Assembly: GCA_963807605.1 (NCBI GenBank)
Contig: CAWECG010000004.1
Location: 320,001-384,000, forward strand
Direction of reading: 5' to 3'
DNA length: 64,000 nucleotides
From: Candidatus Bathyarchaeota archaeon
Lineage (GTDB): Archaea > Thermoproteota > Bathyarchaeia > 40CM-2-53-6 > RBG-13-38-9
Shown here one piece after another: positions 8,656-19,063 of this stretch (the first letter of the stretch is position 1; every line of letters begins with the position of its first letter). The notes under the pieces were generated by a model. The model saw only the letters and a list, made by a program, of their open reading frames with translations, did not search any database and was not told the origin of the DNA. The translations under genes were made by a program, and so were the position numbers.

Positions 8656-9835
8656 AAAAACGCAACGACTTGTCGGAGTCACTGGAGATGAAGCGGTAGC
8701 CTACGCCGCAAAACAGAGTTCCGTGGATGTGGTAGCAGCTTATCCCATAACTCCTCAGACTGTGATAGTTGAACAATTTGCCCAGTACGTAGCCAACGGT
8801 GAAGTCAATACAGAGTTCGTCTGCGTTGAATCAGAACACTCAGCCATGTCCGCGTGTATCGGCGCAAGCTTAACTGGAGCTAGAGTCTTCACCGCAACAG
8901 CGAGCCAGGGCTTGGCTCTGATGCATGAAATGCTCTACATAGCCTCTAGCATGAGATGCCCAATAGTCATGGCCGTCGCAAACAGGGCGCTCTCCGCTCC
9001 TATCAATATATACGCTGATCATTCAGATATGATGGGTTCAAGAGACTCAGGTTGGATCCAAGTCTACGCAGAAGACGCTCAAGAAGCCTACGATTGGACA
9101 CTCCAAGCATTCAAGATCGCTGAAAAACAGAACGTGATGCTTCCGATATCGGTTAACCTCGATGGGTTCACAATAACGCATTCCATGGAAGGCATCAAAG
9201 TCCACGAAGATGATAAAGTCAAGAAGTTCCTTCCCCCGAAGGATCTCAATTATCTAATAGATCCTGATAGGCCGATAACGATCGGAGCTGGGAATAATCC
9301 GGAGTACTACTTCGAGTTCAAACGCCAACAAGTAGACGCCTTGGAGAAGGCATTCGACGCAGTTAATGAGACAAATCGTGAGTATAAGAAATTCTCTGAG
9401 AGAAATTATGGCCTCCTTGACACGTACGAGATCACAAATGCGGACACAGCCATACTAGGCATGGGAAGCTGTACAGGAACAGCTGTCGAAGCAGCGAGAA
9501 GCATGAGAAGAAAGGGAAAGAAGGTTGGCGTCATCAAGCTCTGGTTATATCGGCCCTTTCCCGAAAGAGCTGTTCTCAAAGCTATAGAAGGACTAGAATC
9601 CCTCATCATCATAGATAGAGCTTGCAGCTTCGGTGCACCCAACGGGGCATTGTGCAGCGATGTTCTATCAGTAATGCATGATTCTGAACTGAAGCTTAAC
9701 ATATCGAATGTCATATGCGGGCTGGGAGGTCGCGACATAACCCTCCCAATGCTGGAGTCAATATACGGTCACGCCTTAAAACAGCCAAAGAAGAAAACTC
9801 GAAGAGAGGTCCTGTACGCAGGAGTTAGAGAGTAA
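8652..9835 (+). CDS. porA: Pyruvate/2-oxoacid:ferredoxin oxidoreductase alpha subunit, with an apparent indel in the A6 run at 8655-8660
   Basis: GDEAVAYA...AYPITPQT and ESEHSAM motifs; the GTG at 8652 is out of frame by one base. Confidence 0.92.
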
Positions 9836-10791
9836 TGGTCCTTCTCAAAGAGCTTCCAGCTGAGGAGCTCTTCCTTCCTGGACACCGACATTGCCCCGGC
9901 TGTGGAGCCTCGATGGCCGCTCGCATGGCACTCAAGGCATCAGGCAAAGAGGTCGTTGTAACAAATGCCACAGGTTGCCTGGAGGTTGCCTCAACAATAT
10001 ATCCTTACACCTCTTGGGCAGTCCCATGGGTCCATACGGCCTTTGAGAACGTTGCAGCCACGGCTAGCGGTATTGAGGCTGCGTTCAAGGCGATGGGGCG
10101 CAGAGGAGGCAGAAGCAAGCTTCCTAATCACATTGCTTTCGCCGGCGATGGAGGGACCTTCGATATAGGCATTCAAGCCTTATCAGGGATGCTTGAAAGA
10201 GGTCATCACATTCTGTACATCTGTTATGACAATGAGGCCTACATGAACACTGGAATACAGCGGTCAGGTGCAACACCGCATTGTGCCGCGACGACTACAT
10301 CACAAGCAGGGACGAGGTTGCCTGGAAAACCAGAATGGAAGAAGGATCTGATTGGAATAAGCATTTCCCACGGTATCGATTATGCAGCGACGGCATCTGT
10401 TGCGTACTGGAATGACTACATTACAAAAGTCAAAAAGGCCCTTGAAACAAAGGGTCCCTCTGTCATACACATCTTGGCGCCTTGCCCCCGCGGTTGGCGG
10501 CATGAGACCGCCGATACTGTGAAGATAGCCAAGCTGGCCACACAGACTCGATACTTTCCAATATACGAGTTCGATAAAGGAGAATACAGACTAAACGTCA
10601 AAGTCCCCAATCCCCTTCCAGTCGAGGAATTCCTAAAGGTTCAAGGCAGATTTCGCCATCTATTCAAGCAAGAGTACTCTGATGAGATTCGATGTATTCA
10701 AGAGTGGGTCAATTCAAACTGGGCCAGAATCTCGGCTTTGTGCGGCGAGGACTACAAGAAGCAAACAAACCAACCGACTCTCGGAGGGTGA
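9835..10791 (+). CDS. porB: Pyruvate/2-oxoacid:ferredoxin oxidoreductase beta subunit
   Basis: CPGCG, TGCLEV and GDGG...YDNEAYMNTGIQRS ThDP motif. Confidence 0.95.
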   Translation: MVLLKELPAEELFLPGHRHCPGCGASMAARMALKASGKEVVVTNATGCLEVASTIYPYTSWAVPWVHTAFENVAATASGIEAAFKAMGRRGGRSKLPNHIAFAGDGGTFDIGIQALSGMLERGHHILYICYDNEAYMNTGIQRSGATPHCAATTTSQAGTRLPGKPEWKKDLIGISISHGIDYAATASVAYWNDYITKVKKALETKGPSVIHILAPCPRGWRHETADTVKIAKLATQTRYFPIYEFDKGEYRLNVKVPNPLPVEEFLKVQGRFRHLFKQEYSDEIRCIQEWVNSNWARISALCGEDYKKQTNQPTLGG

Positions 10792-10801
10792 AGACGTAAC
10801 G

Positions 10802-11344
10802 TTGAGTCCACGGCAGGTATTCTCCGCTTTTCTACTAATCGTGATAATCATCGTTATCCTGTATCCGACGACAGCCACCGGTACGGTTAGAGTTAACGCA
10901 TACTACCAACAGGCAGTTATACAGACAGAAAACCCAAAAGGTCTTCTGGTAATCAATGGCGTGACCAATCTCTATGTTTCATTCGCTGAGATACGCATTC
11001 ACAGCGCCAACGAAGGAAATGATACTGGTTGGCTCCCTATCACTTATCGGACTACCAGCTTGGACCTTGCAGGCTTCGCAGACAGATCTGGCACGATCTT
11101 TGTGTCTCCCACCATTCCTGTGGGGGAATATGACAATATAATGTTGACCTTCTCAAACACAACGGCGGTAGCTAATGGCACAACTATTACGGTAGAGACC
11201 GTTCCAAAAACCATAGTGTCAAAGTACCCCTTCACTGTAAAGGCGGGTTCTACAGTCGATCTAAAGCTAAAGTTCACAGCGGACTACAGAGCCCTCAACT
11301 CCACCCGGCGTGTGTTCTTCCAAGTCGATCCAATGATCGACTAG
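10802..11344 (+). CDS. Membrane-anchored DUF4382-like beta-sandwich protein
   Basis: N-terminal hydrophobic helix; LYVSFAEIRIH and IPVGEYDNI patterns; start at TTG 10802 inferred. Confidence 0.6.
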   Translation: MSPRQVFSAFLLIVIIIVILYPTTATGTVRVNAYYQQAVIQTENPKGLLVINGVTNLYVSFAEIRIHSANEGNDTGWLPITYRTTSLDLAGFADRSGTIFVSPTIPVGEYDNIMLTFSNTTAVANGTTITVETVPKTIVSKYPFTVKAGSTVDLKLKFTADYRALNSTRRVFFQVDPMID

Positions 11345-11399
11345 AAATACGCGTAGGTTGTCTAACAATCCCTAAGTGACAAATTAGGAGCAGAAACGG

Positions 11400-11927
11400 A
11401 TGTGTGTGCTTGGAAAAGATAGAGTCCTAGAGATGATTGAGAAGTTCCAGCTGATATACCCGTTTGACCATAATCTCCTTGACGGTGACGGCTACATTCT
11501 GACAGTCAAGGATGAGACCATCCTCCATTACCTAGAACACAAGAATCTAATTTCGCACGAAATTGTCTTCACACCCCCCGACATTGTCGCCCACTTAACG
11601 GCGAAAAGTCGCTATGGCAGGTTAGGTCTATCCTTCCTAAACGCAGCTAAAGTCCACAGTGGATTCATTGGAAGACTAGCGCTTGAACTTGTAAACCTGA
11701 GCAACGACAGACAGCCAATAACCATAAAGAGAGACGATCCTCTAATGCATATGGAATTCATTACACGCGAAGGAAAGCCATCCCCATACGTGGGACCCTA
11801 TCAATTTCAATACATGACTAGCGAAGAAGTCGACATCTACAGGACCATCATCACAAAAGAGTTTCCAAATCTCTTCGAACCAGAACTTCTCAACCGAATG
11901 ATACGTGTACGTGTCGGACTTGATTAG
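11400..11927 (+). CDS. dcd: dCTP deaminase / trimeric dUTPase family protein
   Basis: KSRYGRLGL...VHSGFIGRLALELVN. Confidence 0.75.
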   Translation: MCVLGKDRVLEMIEKFQLIYPFDHNLLDGDGYILTVKDETILHYLEHKNLISHEIVFTPPDIVAHLTAKSRYGRLGLSFLNAAKVHSGFIGRLALELVNLSNDRQPITIKRDDPLMHMEFITREGKPSPYVGPYQFQYMTSEEVDIYRTIITKEFPNLFEPELLNRMIRVRVGLD

Positions 11928-12091
11928 GGCAAGTGGGAAGCCTGAATCCCTGCTCACAATACCGTTGTCAGTAACAAGACGTGGGCGCGCGCGGTACGCA
12001 GTTGTTTCAAATTAATGCATGCACAGTTAACATTCAAGACTGCAAGTTCATGTCCAGTAGTGGATAATCGGCGGCCACTTTAGGGCGCTAC

Positions 12092-12988
12092 TCATTTTCT
12101 GAAAGATCTCATTATCCTTCGTTCATAGTAATACGCTACTACAGTAAGACCAAGGAACCCTGAGAATGCAACTAGCATCATCACCTCCCAGGTTCCAGTT
12201 GATCTCTCAACAACAATAGTATCGCCGAAGGCCGCACCGCGACCTTCGGTTGAGACTCTGGCATAGGTATTTGAGAAGGCGTATAACGACTTTGAAACGT
12301 TCCCAGTCTCGATCTGGATTCTTAGGTCGAGTGTTTTCTCGCTTGGTCTTTCCCATAATGTCCTCTTAGAATTAATATCAAAGGACTTCGCCCACGAACT
12401 GACATTCTCGACAATAGAATGAAAATCAAACGTGGAGAAGTTCCCGGCTGTGCTCACGGCAATTTGGGGGATTATCGGTGTGAAAACTGGCGAGAAGAAT
12501 TGAACTCCAGTCTTATTATATAAACTCTGAACGACGGGCTGAAGATACTTTGACCCAACAAGATTGAAGGTAAGATTGCCTGCCTTTAGATCTGAACTAA
12601 CTCTGTACGGCAACCAGCTCAGATCAGTCCACATTGCGTCCCTTTCGACCTTGGAGGCTCCATCGACGGTGAATTGTGCACTGACATTAAGCCAGCCAGC
12701 ATCAGACGATACTGCTATAGAGAGGGAGGAGATGTCTAACGTGGGATTTTTCAATCTTAAGGCTTCTTGAAACGCGAGTTTAGCTTCATTGAGATCTGAA
12801 CCAGACAGGATAATTTTTCCCTCCGGCAACTTCGTCATATTCTGGAAGAGACTCGAATCAATAGTAACGGCGAGACCGTGTTCTCTCACCTCTACCTCGA
12901 TACCGGCCGCTCTGACTTGCCCTAGAGCGTGTGAAGAGACAAACGCTAGAAGCAGGCACAAAAGAAAAGTCGTTTTCGACGTTTTCAA
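12092..12988 (-). CDS. Secreted, C-terminally anchored surface protein
   Basis: Signal peptide, several N-x-S/T sequons, C-terminal TM helix with basic tail. Confidence 0.7.
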   Translation of the reverse strand: MKTSKTTFLLCLLLAFVSSHALGQVRAAGIEVEVREHGLAVTIDSSLFQNMTKLPEGKIILSGSDLNEAKLAFQEALRLKNPTLDISSLSIAVSSDAGWLNVSAQFTVDGASKVERDAMWTDLSWLPYRVSSDLKAGNLTFNLVGSKYLQPVVQSLYNKTGVQFFSPVFTPIIPQIAVSTAGNFSTFDFHSIVENVSSWAKSFDINSKRTLWERPSEKTLDLRIQIETGNVSKSLYAFSNTYARVSTEGRGAAFGDTIVVERSTGTWEVMMLVAFSGFLGLTVVAYYYERRIMRSFRK

Positions 12989-13029
12989 TCTGGAGCTCCC
13001 CTAACAAACAGTCATCTCTTTGAGGTCTG

Positions 13030-13353
13030 TCAGCGGACCCTCGTTCCCGGCGGGACGTCTTCCGGAACAGTTAACCACACCGGTTTGCTTTTGTCGTCAG
13101 CTGCCAAAAGCATACCTCGAGACTCAATCCCCGAGATAACCTTTGGGACAAGATTAACAAGGATCGCGAAATTCTTGCCAACAAAGTAGTCTGCCTCATA
13201 GTATGTTCCTCCACCGGCCACCACTTGAGTCTCTGAAGAACCCAAGTTAACCTTCAATTTGAAGAGGTTGACTTTACCTTGAATTCTCTCAACGTCAAGT
13301 ACTTTACATATTCTGATGTCCAGCTTTTCGAACTCGCTAAGAGTCACTGACAT
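13030..13353 (-). CDS. tRNA-binding OB-fold protein (Trbp111/CsaA family)
   Basis: FEKLDIR, VNLVPKVISGIESRGMLLAA and PPGTRVR motifs. Confidence 0.88.
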   Translation of the reverse strand: MSVTLSEFEKLDIRICKVLDVERIQGKVNLFKLKVNLGSSETQVVAGGGTYYEADYFVGKNFAILVNLVPKVISGIESRGMLLAADDKSKPVWLTVPEDVPPGTRVR

Positions 13354-13399
13354 TCGTGGTCCCCTGTTCTCCCAACCTCTGAGACAATCAGAAATAAAG

Positions 13400-14482
13400 C
13401 TATTTTGAAAGGTAGGAAAAGACGCGAATGATCCCATACGAGGCCAGAAGCAGTATTGCAGGAACGGCCGGGGTTAGGTAGAAGATGAACTGAGTCTTCC
13501 TTGGAAGGATGAAAAAGAGGCCGTAGACGAAGGTGAACCAAAAGAATGGAAGACATTGCGATTGGCAAGTCCTCTTCCTAAACGCATCGAATGCAAGGTA
13601 AACCGCAGCAGGCAAGGACATCGGATAGATGAACGGATTTGCGGAAGCTGAGATATTCCGTCCAGCACTTGAATAGATGAGGAAAGGAACAACGTTGAAG
13701 AGCCAGCCCAAAGGTGAAGATGCAAATGGATGCGGCGATTGCAAAGTCAAGTGCCAATTCAATGAAAACAGAAAACTTGTGATGAACGAGCTCCCTTCGG
13801 GGATCACGACCGGTAACAGAGATAGAATAAACGTCATTGCAATTATTGGCATCATCCTCAAGATCTTTACCGCCTTCCCACTGCAAACGAGATATGCCAC
13901 CACTCCAGCCACCGCAAAAGCACCTGGCAACTTCACCCCGCAAGCAAGGCCGAGACATATGCCTGTGAGATCATAATGGCGGTAGCTGAGTGCGAGAAAG
14001 GCCAGTGTCACAAAGAGCGCAAGGAAAATGTCAAGCATAGCTATTCTCGACATAACCTGTTGTAATGGATCAAAAAGTAGCAGAGTAGCCGTGAGTAGGC
14101 CCGTTAGATCGTTGAACACCTTCCGCCCAATCAAGTAGGAGACGGGGACAATTATGCTGCCCGATAGAACGCTATCAATTCTCCACCCGAATGAATTGTA
14201 GCCGAAAAGAGCTATTCCTATTGCTATCAAAACCTTTCCGAGCGGCGGATGAACAAAGTTAGGATCACCGTGAAGATGTAGCAGAGAGTTGGCGGCAGGC
14301 GCGTAGTAGACCTCATCGACCATCAGGATTGTTGGAGAGGAGAAACCCATCGAACGGACTATTAGGGCACAGATGAAAAAAGCGATGCAGATTAGGATCT
14401 GACCGTGCTGGTTGATAATATGCCTACTTGGACGTGGTAACCTAATGCCCAGGCGATCCATGTGAACGCCAGCACTGAACAT
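13400..14482 (-). CDS. Protein O-mannosyltransferase-like GT-C glycosyltransferase (PMT/GT39)
   Basis: DEVYY, HPPLGK, FGWR and SRIAMLD motifs; many TM helices. Confidence 0.85.
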   Translation of the reverse strand: MFSAGVHMDRLGIRLPRPSRHIINQHGQILICIAFFICALIVRSMGFSSPTILMVDEVYYAPAANSLLHLHGDPNFVHPPLGKVLIAIGIALFGYNSFGWRIDSVLSGSIIVPVSYLIGRKVFNDLTGLLTATLLLFDPLQQVMSRIAMLDIFLALFVTLAFLALSYRHYDLTGICLGLACGVKLPGAFAVAGVVAYLVCSGKAVKILRMMPIIAMTFILSLLPVVIPEGSSFITSFLFSLNWHLTLQSPHPFASSPLGWLFNVVPFLIYSSAGRNISASANPFIYPMSLPAAVYLAFDAFRKRTCQSQCLPFFWFTFVYGLFFILPRKTQFIFYLTPAVPAILLLASYGIIRVFSYLSK

Positions 14483-14774
14483 AGGCTCCTCCTCCGACAG
14501 GATCCATCATAACGATTTCCTCACCATCAACGATCATCTTCTCAAGAGCTCCTGCGGTCGAAGGAATTACCTTTCCATCGACGGTGAGCAGGAACGGTAG
14601 TACCTCGCTAGATCTTACATCCCATACAAGCGCTCGAAACTCACTCCCTAACTCTTGAGAGGCTGACTGAAGCGCATCACGGACTGTGCTTCCGGGGCCA
14701 AGTTCTAGCGCTAACTGAGGCCTCCCCGCAGCCTGCCGAAAGAGCGTGTAAAATTTCAAGATGACTTTTGGCAT
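14442..14774 (-). CDS. MoaD/SAMP ubiquitin-like protein with a C-terminal extension after GGG
   Basis: Beta-grasp pattern, DPVGGG followed by 14 more residues. Confidence 0.8.
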   Translation of the reverse strand: MPKVILKFYTLFRQAAGRPQLALELGPGSTVRDALQSASQELGSEFRALVWDVRSSEVLPFLLTVDGKVIPSTAGALEKMIVDGEEIVMMDPVGGGAYVQCWRSHGSPGH

Positions 14775-14826
14775 ATCATCAGCGAAGCTCAAAGTAAATA
14801 AGATGAGGGGAAACCCTCAGCCTTCA

Positions 14827-16692
14827 TCAGTAAAGATCTTTGGCCTGCTGGGTGAGGGACAATCTTTGAAGCGTCTGCTGTGTCGGAATTCCTGTCTTCT
14901 TATCCCATCCTCTCAGGTCGTAGTACTTGTCCTTCAACATCTCCAGCTCTTCTGAGGGCATATACATTCCTTTGGATGGGCCATCCGGTATTGGTTCAGT
15001 CATGTATCTTATTGCTTGGACGTCGTGCTCTCTGCGGTGACCTTCGCGGCAGTTGAATGCCCTCTCGAGGTTCCATATTCTGTCTGGGATATCTATCAGT
15101 TCAGGCAACTTCAGGTTCATGCCGGTGACGACGTTGATTATGTTGAGGTGTTCATTGGTAACTTCCATCAAGCCGTAGATGCCCTCGGTCATCCGGCAGA
15201 CACACATCGAGTCTTGGAGGGTGGTAATTCTCTGCGTCCCTACCGCATATTCGGGCTTTCCCTCAAGTACTTTCCTGTCTGATTTCCCTATACGTTCACC
15301 TGTAGGCCGTGAATCTTGATGAGTGCCTCCTCTGGTGGAAGTTGCCATTCCTAGGCAGAAGCCTTTCATGCCTCTCGGCGAGTGGCCCGCATTCTCAAGG
15401 TCCTTTATCGTTATTGCATATTTTTCAGAACCTTTGCCAATCTTTCTGGCAGCTCTTGAGGCTCCTTCCGCGAGCAGATCTCCCACTCCCTCGCGTTTGC
15501 CTATCTTCTCAAGGAGCTGGAGGAGCGCTGCCTCGTTGCCGAAATGGAGATCCAGACCGTCAACCTCCTCCTTTGAGAGTATTCCTTTCTCGTAACACTC
15601 CATAGCAAAAGAGATTACAACGCCTGCGGATATCGTGTCCACTCCTAATTCATCGGACATTCTATCGGCTTTGGCAATCATTTCCAATGAGGCTACTCCG
15701 CAGTTTGAGCCGAACGCGTAGATAGTCTCATATTCGGGTCCCTCGTCGAGCGTCCCGGCATAGGGACCTGTCTTAACGTACGTAAGCTTTGTACAGTTTA
15801 TCGGGCAGCACATGCAGCCCTTGTCCTTTACCACTAACCGTGACCGCATAACCTCTCCGCTTATCTTCTCAGTGTCTTCGAATACTTCAGTTTGCCAATT
15901 TCTTGTTCCAAGTATCCCTAGCTGGTTGTTTGTAGTAGTGACTCCCGGCGTCCCAATTGTGGGAAGCGCCTTTCCTGTTCCGGGGTTTGCTTTTATCCGG
16001 GTGTACTGATCACTGATGACCTTTCGAAACTCCTCAATGTTTGGAACTTCTATGTCCTTTGTGCCGCGAATGGCTACAGCCTTAAGCTTCTTGGAGCCAA
16101 GGACAGCCCCATTGCCCCCTCTTCCTGCTGCACGGGCACCCCATATTGTGCACGCAAAACGAACCAACTTCTCCCCCGCAGGGCCGATACACGCAATTTG
16201 GACTTTCGGTTCTGCCAAATCCTTCTTGAGTATTTCTTGAGTTTCGAAGGTCCACTTCCCCCAAATATGGGATGCGTCCTTGAACTCGACAGTGTCATCG
16301 AAAACTGTGACGTAGGTGGGTGTTCTGGCCTGTCCCTCAACTATTATTGCGTCCCAACCTGCATACTTCATCTCGGGCCCGAAGGATCCGCCGCCATAAG
16401 AATCGAAGAAATAGCCTGTGGCCGGCGACTTTGTGAACACGCCGGACCTGCCAGCGGTTGGAACCATTGCACCCTGAATGGGTCCCGCAGCGAAGATGAA
16501 TTTGTTCTCTGGACCCAGAGGGTCTATTCCTGGTTTGACCTCGTCGTATAGAATCTTTGCCCCGAATCCATTGCCACCGAGAAACAGTCTCGCCATTTCT
16601 TTGGTAAGTGGAACGCTCGAATACTTCCTATTCGTCATATCCAGACGCAAAAATTTTCCCGCATATCCACCGTAGGTCCACATAATATTCAA
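14827..16692 (-). CDS. aor: Aldehyde:ferredoxin oxidoreductase (W/Mo-pterin)
   Basis: KSPATG, GPAGEK, GRGGNGAVLGSKKLKA, CxxCxxxC, EYET, DELGVDTIS and DSMCVC motifs. Confidence 0.93.
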   Translation of the reverse strand: MNIMWTYGGYAGKFLRLDMTNRKYSSVPLTKEMARLFLGGNGFGAKILYDEVKPGIDPLGPENKFIFAAGPIQGAMVPTAGRSGVFTKSPATGYFFDSYGGGSFGPEMKYAGWDAIIVEGQARTPTYVTVFDDTVEFKDASHIWGKWTFETQEILKKDLAEPKVQIACIGPAGEKLVRFACTIWGARAAGRGGNGAVLGSKKLKAVAIRGTKDIEVPNIEEFRKVISDQYTRIKANPGTGKALPTIGTPGVTTTNNQLGILGTRNWQTEVFEDTEKISGEVMRSRLVVKDKGCMCCPINCTKLTYVKTGPYAGTLDEGPEYETIYAFGSNCGVASLEMIAKADRMSDELGVDTISAGVVISFAMECYEKGILSKEEVDGLDLHFGNEAALLQLLEKIGKREGVGDLLAEGASRAARKIGKGSEKYAITIKDLENAGHSPRGMKGFCLGMATSTRGGTHQDSRPTGERIGKSDRKVLEGKPEYAVGTQRITTLQDSMCVCRMTEGIYGLMEVTNEHLNIINVVTGMNLKLPELIDIPDRIWNLERAFNCREGHRREHDVQAIRYMTEPIPDGPSKGMYMPSEELEMLKDKYYDLRGWDKKTGIPTQQTLQRLSLTQQAKDLY

Positions 16693-16979
16693 CCTCCTCC
16701 AACAGGTTCTAATAGCGATATTACGTCTCCATCACTCAACTTGTGTTTCAAATCTCCTCTAACTGTACTTATCTCCTCTCGACCCACCATTATTAGGAAA
16801 GGCGCTAACATCCCTGTTGTTGGATCTCTAATTCGGTCTTCAAAGTCGGGACCAAATCTCTCTCCGAGTTCTCTAAGCAAGTCTTCCACCGTGTCTCCCT
16901 CTTTGATCTCCATATCCATTTCATTAGTTCCAGCTGCTTGTCGAAGATGAGCGAAGAATTTCACTTTGACCTTTCCCAA
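16689..16979 (-). CDS. MoaD/SAMP ubiquitin-like sulfur carrier
   Basis: VKFFAHLR...EPVGGG followed by stop. Confidence 0.9.
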   Translation of the reverse strand: MGKVKVKFFAHLRQAAGTNEMDMEIKEGDTVEDLLRELGERFGPDFEDRIRDPTTGMLAPFLIMVGREEISTVRGDLKHKLSDGDVISLLEPVGGG

Positions 16980-16996
16980 AGCTTGAGCCTCGGATA

Positions 16997-17488
16997 CTAC
17001 TTCACGAACTTCTCCTTTGTCTTCGCGATCTGAGCTGCCCCGAAGTCGCTTCTTCTCTCAGAAGCCAGATTTGTTTTTCCGCCAGCGAGCAGTGCGTGTG
17101 GCGAACAGTACTTTACGCATTCGGGGTCGCCATTACAAGTGTCACATACTAGAGGAAGCTTTTTGACTGGATGCCAGTCTATGGCTGCGAACGGGCAGGC
17201 CTCGATGCATCTGCCGCACCTTATGCATACATCTTCGAGTATTTTCATACCTCCGCCCACGTTCTCATCTCTGTAGATGGACTTGGGCGTTGTAGGACAC
17301 GCCTCAGCACAAGGGGGCTTGCCACATGATCGGCAGGAGTTGGGATAGTAGAGTTCAGGCATTCCTTGGAACTGAATCCAGATCCTCGATTTGTCTGGAT
17401 TGAAAGCTCCATCATGTACCATTGGGCATGCTAATTCACACATTCTACATCCAGTGCACCTTTCTGATAAGAGCAGTAGCATAGTCAC
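16997..17488 (-). CDS. 4x[4Fe-4S] electron-transfer subunit (DmsB/HydN-like)
   Basis: Four Cys cluster motifs. Confidence 0.9.
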   Translation of the reverse strand: MTMLLLLSERCTGCRMCELACPMVHDGAFNPDKSRIWIQFQGMPELYYPNSCRSCGKPPCAEACPTTPKSIYRDENVGGGMKILEDVCIRCGRCIEACPFAAIDWHPVKKLPLVCDTCNGDPECVKYCSPHALLAGGKTNLASERRSDFGAAQIAKTKEKFVK

Positions 17489-17516
17489 TTTGGTGCACCA
17501 CTTGGAATCTTCAGGT

Positions 17517-18149
17517 CTAAGGCTTTTCCAGAAAACCTTCTAGGAGTTTCTCCGCCCTCAGAGTGTTGAAGACACCGCATACACACGGCTTTGCCAGCTC
17601 ACGTGCAGCATCTTCGATACATGTTTTGTCTCGCTTTATGTCGCTGACGAGCTTTCTTACTAGCAAAGGTGAGACGCAGTGGTGGCCGCACATCGTTGTT
17701 ATGTCGAGAATGCGCTGTTCCGGAAGAAGTTCCTTTTTGCCATAGATGCCAAGTGAGATGTTCAGTGAATGGGGTTTCAATCCAATCTTCTTGAGTGAGT
17801 CCCAAACTTCTGTGAATACACCTGATACTACGACGGACATACCAAGGTCCGCGTCGCGTAGCTCTTTCAAGCACTCCTCGAGATCCTTCCTGTTGGTAAA
17901 CACGCCATGGGCTATCGAGTTTTCTCTTGTGCTATTTAGCACAGACTTCAAGCCTTTTCTGAAGTAGTTCCCTGTCTTCATGTCTCCGAAGTTCACGGGG
18001 TTGTGTTTTAGAATTATTTCGAGGGCTTTCTTAAACTTGGGTGCCGTACCTTTTGCGTTTACGCTTTGAGCTGCTATAACAAGAATCGGATAGTCCATTG
18101 AAAGTGAGTCAACTGTTCCTGATCTGTGTAACATATGAGTCATTTTCAT
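17517..18149 (-). CDS. Conserved hypothetical Cys/His-containing protein
   Basis: MTHMLHR N-terminus; TMCGH and CVCGVFN motifs; lies within the operon. Confidence 0.75.
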   Translation of the reverse strand: MKMTHMLHRSGTVDSLSMDYPILVIAAQSVNAKGTAPKFKKALEIILKHNPVNFGDMKTGNYFRKGLKSVLNSTRENSIAHGVFTNRKDLEECLKELRDADLGMSVVVSGVFTEVWDSLKKIGLKPHSLNISLGIYGKKELLPEQRILDITTMCGHHCVSPLLVRKLVSDIKRDKTCIEDAARELAKPCVCGVFNTLRAEKLLEGFLEKP

Positions 18150-18154
18150 TCACC

Positions 18155-18883
18155 TCAGAATTTTGCAGCCGGCTTACCGATGCCGATGTTGGTCTTCCCG
18201 TTCGGTCGGTAGTAGATTTTGTGGTCGTCAAGGTATCTCATGATTGGAACTGAGCCGTCTAGGTTGACCTTCACACATAATCCAAGGCTGAAGACGGTGT
18301 TTATTTCTTTCGATACCTTCTGAAGGGCTTCAAACACGACTGGAAACTTCTCTTCCTTGATCTTGAATTCAGGAATGCAGGAGTGAACTCTTTCAGTAAG
18401 GACGTCTTCGCGCAGTTTGCCCGTCTTCTTGTCTGACATAAGGAAGGTCAGAGGATTGAGGGGTTCGAACTCCACTCCTGTCTTTGCTAGGACCATGCAG
18501 AGTTTCTCAGCATCCTTCAAGTCCACCCCGACACCGGGGCGCCCCATATCGACTGAAAATCCGACCTCTCCCGGCTTGAATCGTCCTGTTACGTCGTTGG
18601 TCTTCATTTCCTCAGTTCCTCTCCCCGGGACATTTGTCTGCTTGTGTTCTTTGTAGACTGTTGCGAAGACCTCTCTAACAGATCGAGGCCACTCTAGCTC
18701 CTCCAGTTGTATAGCATTGACCGGACAGTTGGCATTATTGAAGCATACGCCACATTCTATGCATTTCTGGCGATCGATGTGTGCCTTCTTGTCTTTGCCA
18801 ATAGCTATCGCTCCGGGAGGACAGAACGGTACGCACTTTGTGCATCCAACACAAATGTCGGTAATCAACAATCTTTCATACAC
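18155..18883 (-). CDS. 2x[4Fe-4S] ferredoxin fused to an uncharacterised domain
   Basis: CVGCTKCVPFCP, CIECGVC..CP and GRGTEEMKTNDVTGR motifs. Confidence 0.8.
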   Translation of the reverse strand: MYERLLITDICVGCTKCVPFCPPGAIAIGKDKKAHIDRQKCIECGVCFNNANCPVNAIQLEELEWPRSVREVFATVYKEHKQTNVPGRGTEEMKTNDVTGRFKPGEVGFSVDMGRPGVGVDLKDAEKLCMVLAKTGVEFEPLNPLTFLMSDKKTGKLREDVLTERVHSCIPEFKIKEEKFPVVFEALQKVSKEINTVFSLGLCVKVNLDGSVPIMRYLDDHKIYYRPNGKTNIGIGKPAAKF

Positions 18884-19063
18884 CGCATTAAATCTAGTTA
18901 GTTCGATTGATTTTAGTGAGCTAATATAAACCTAACTAATGCAAATCACTTGAAGTCTTCGAGAGCTTCCACTCTAGCGGTAGACGAGATGAGGATTATA
19001 GATTAGTCTTAATAATCATTTGTGAGCTTAGTAGGCTCAGATTCTCAAAGGTGCAAGCGTAAG

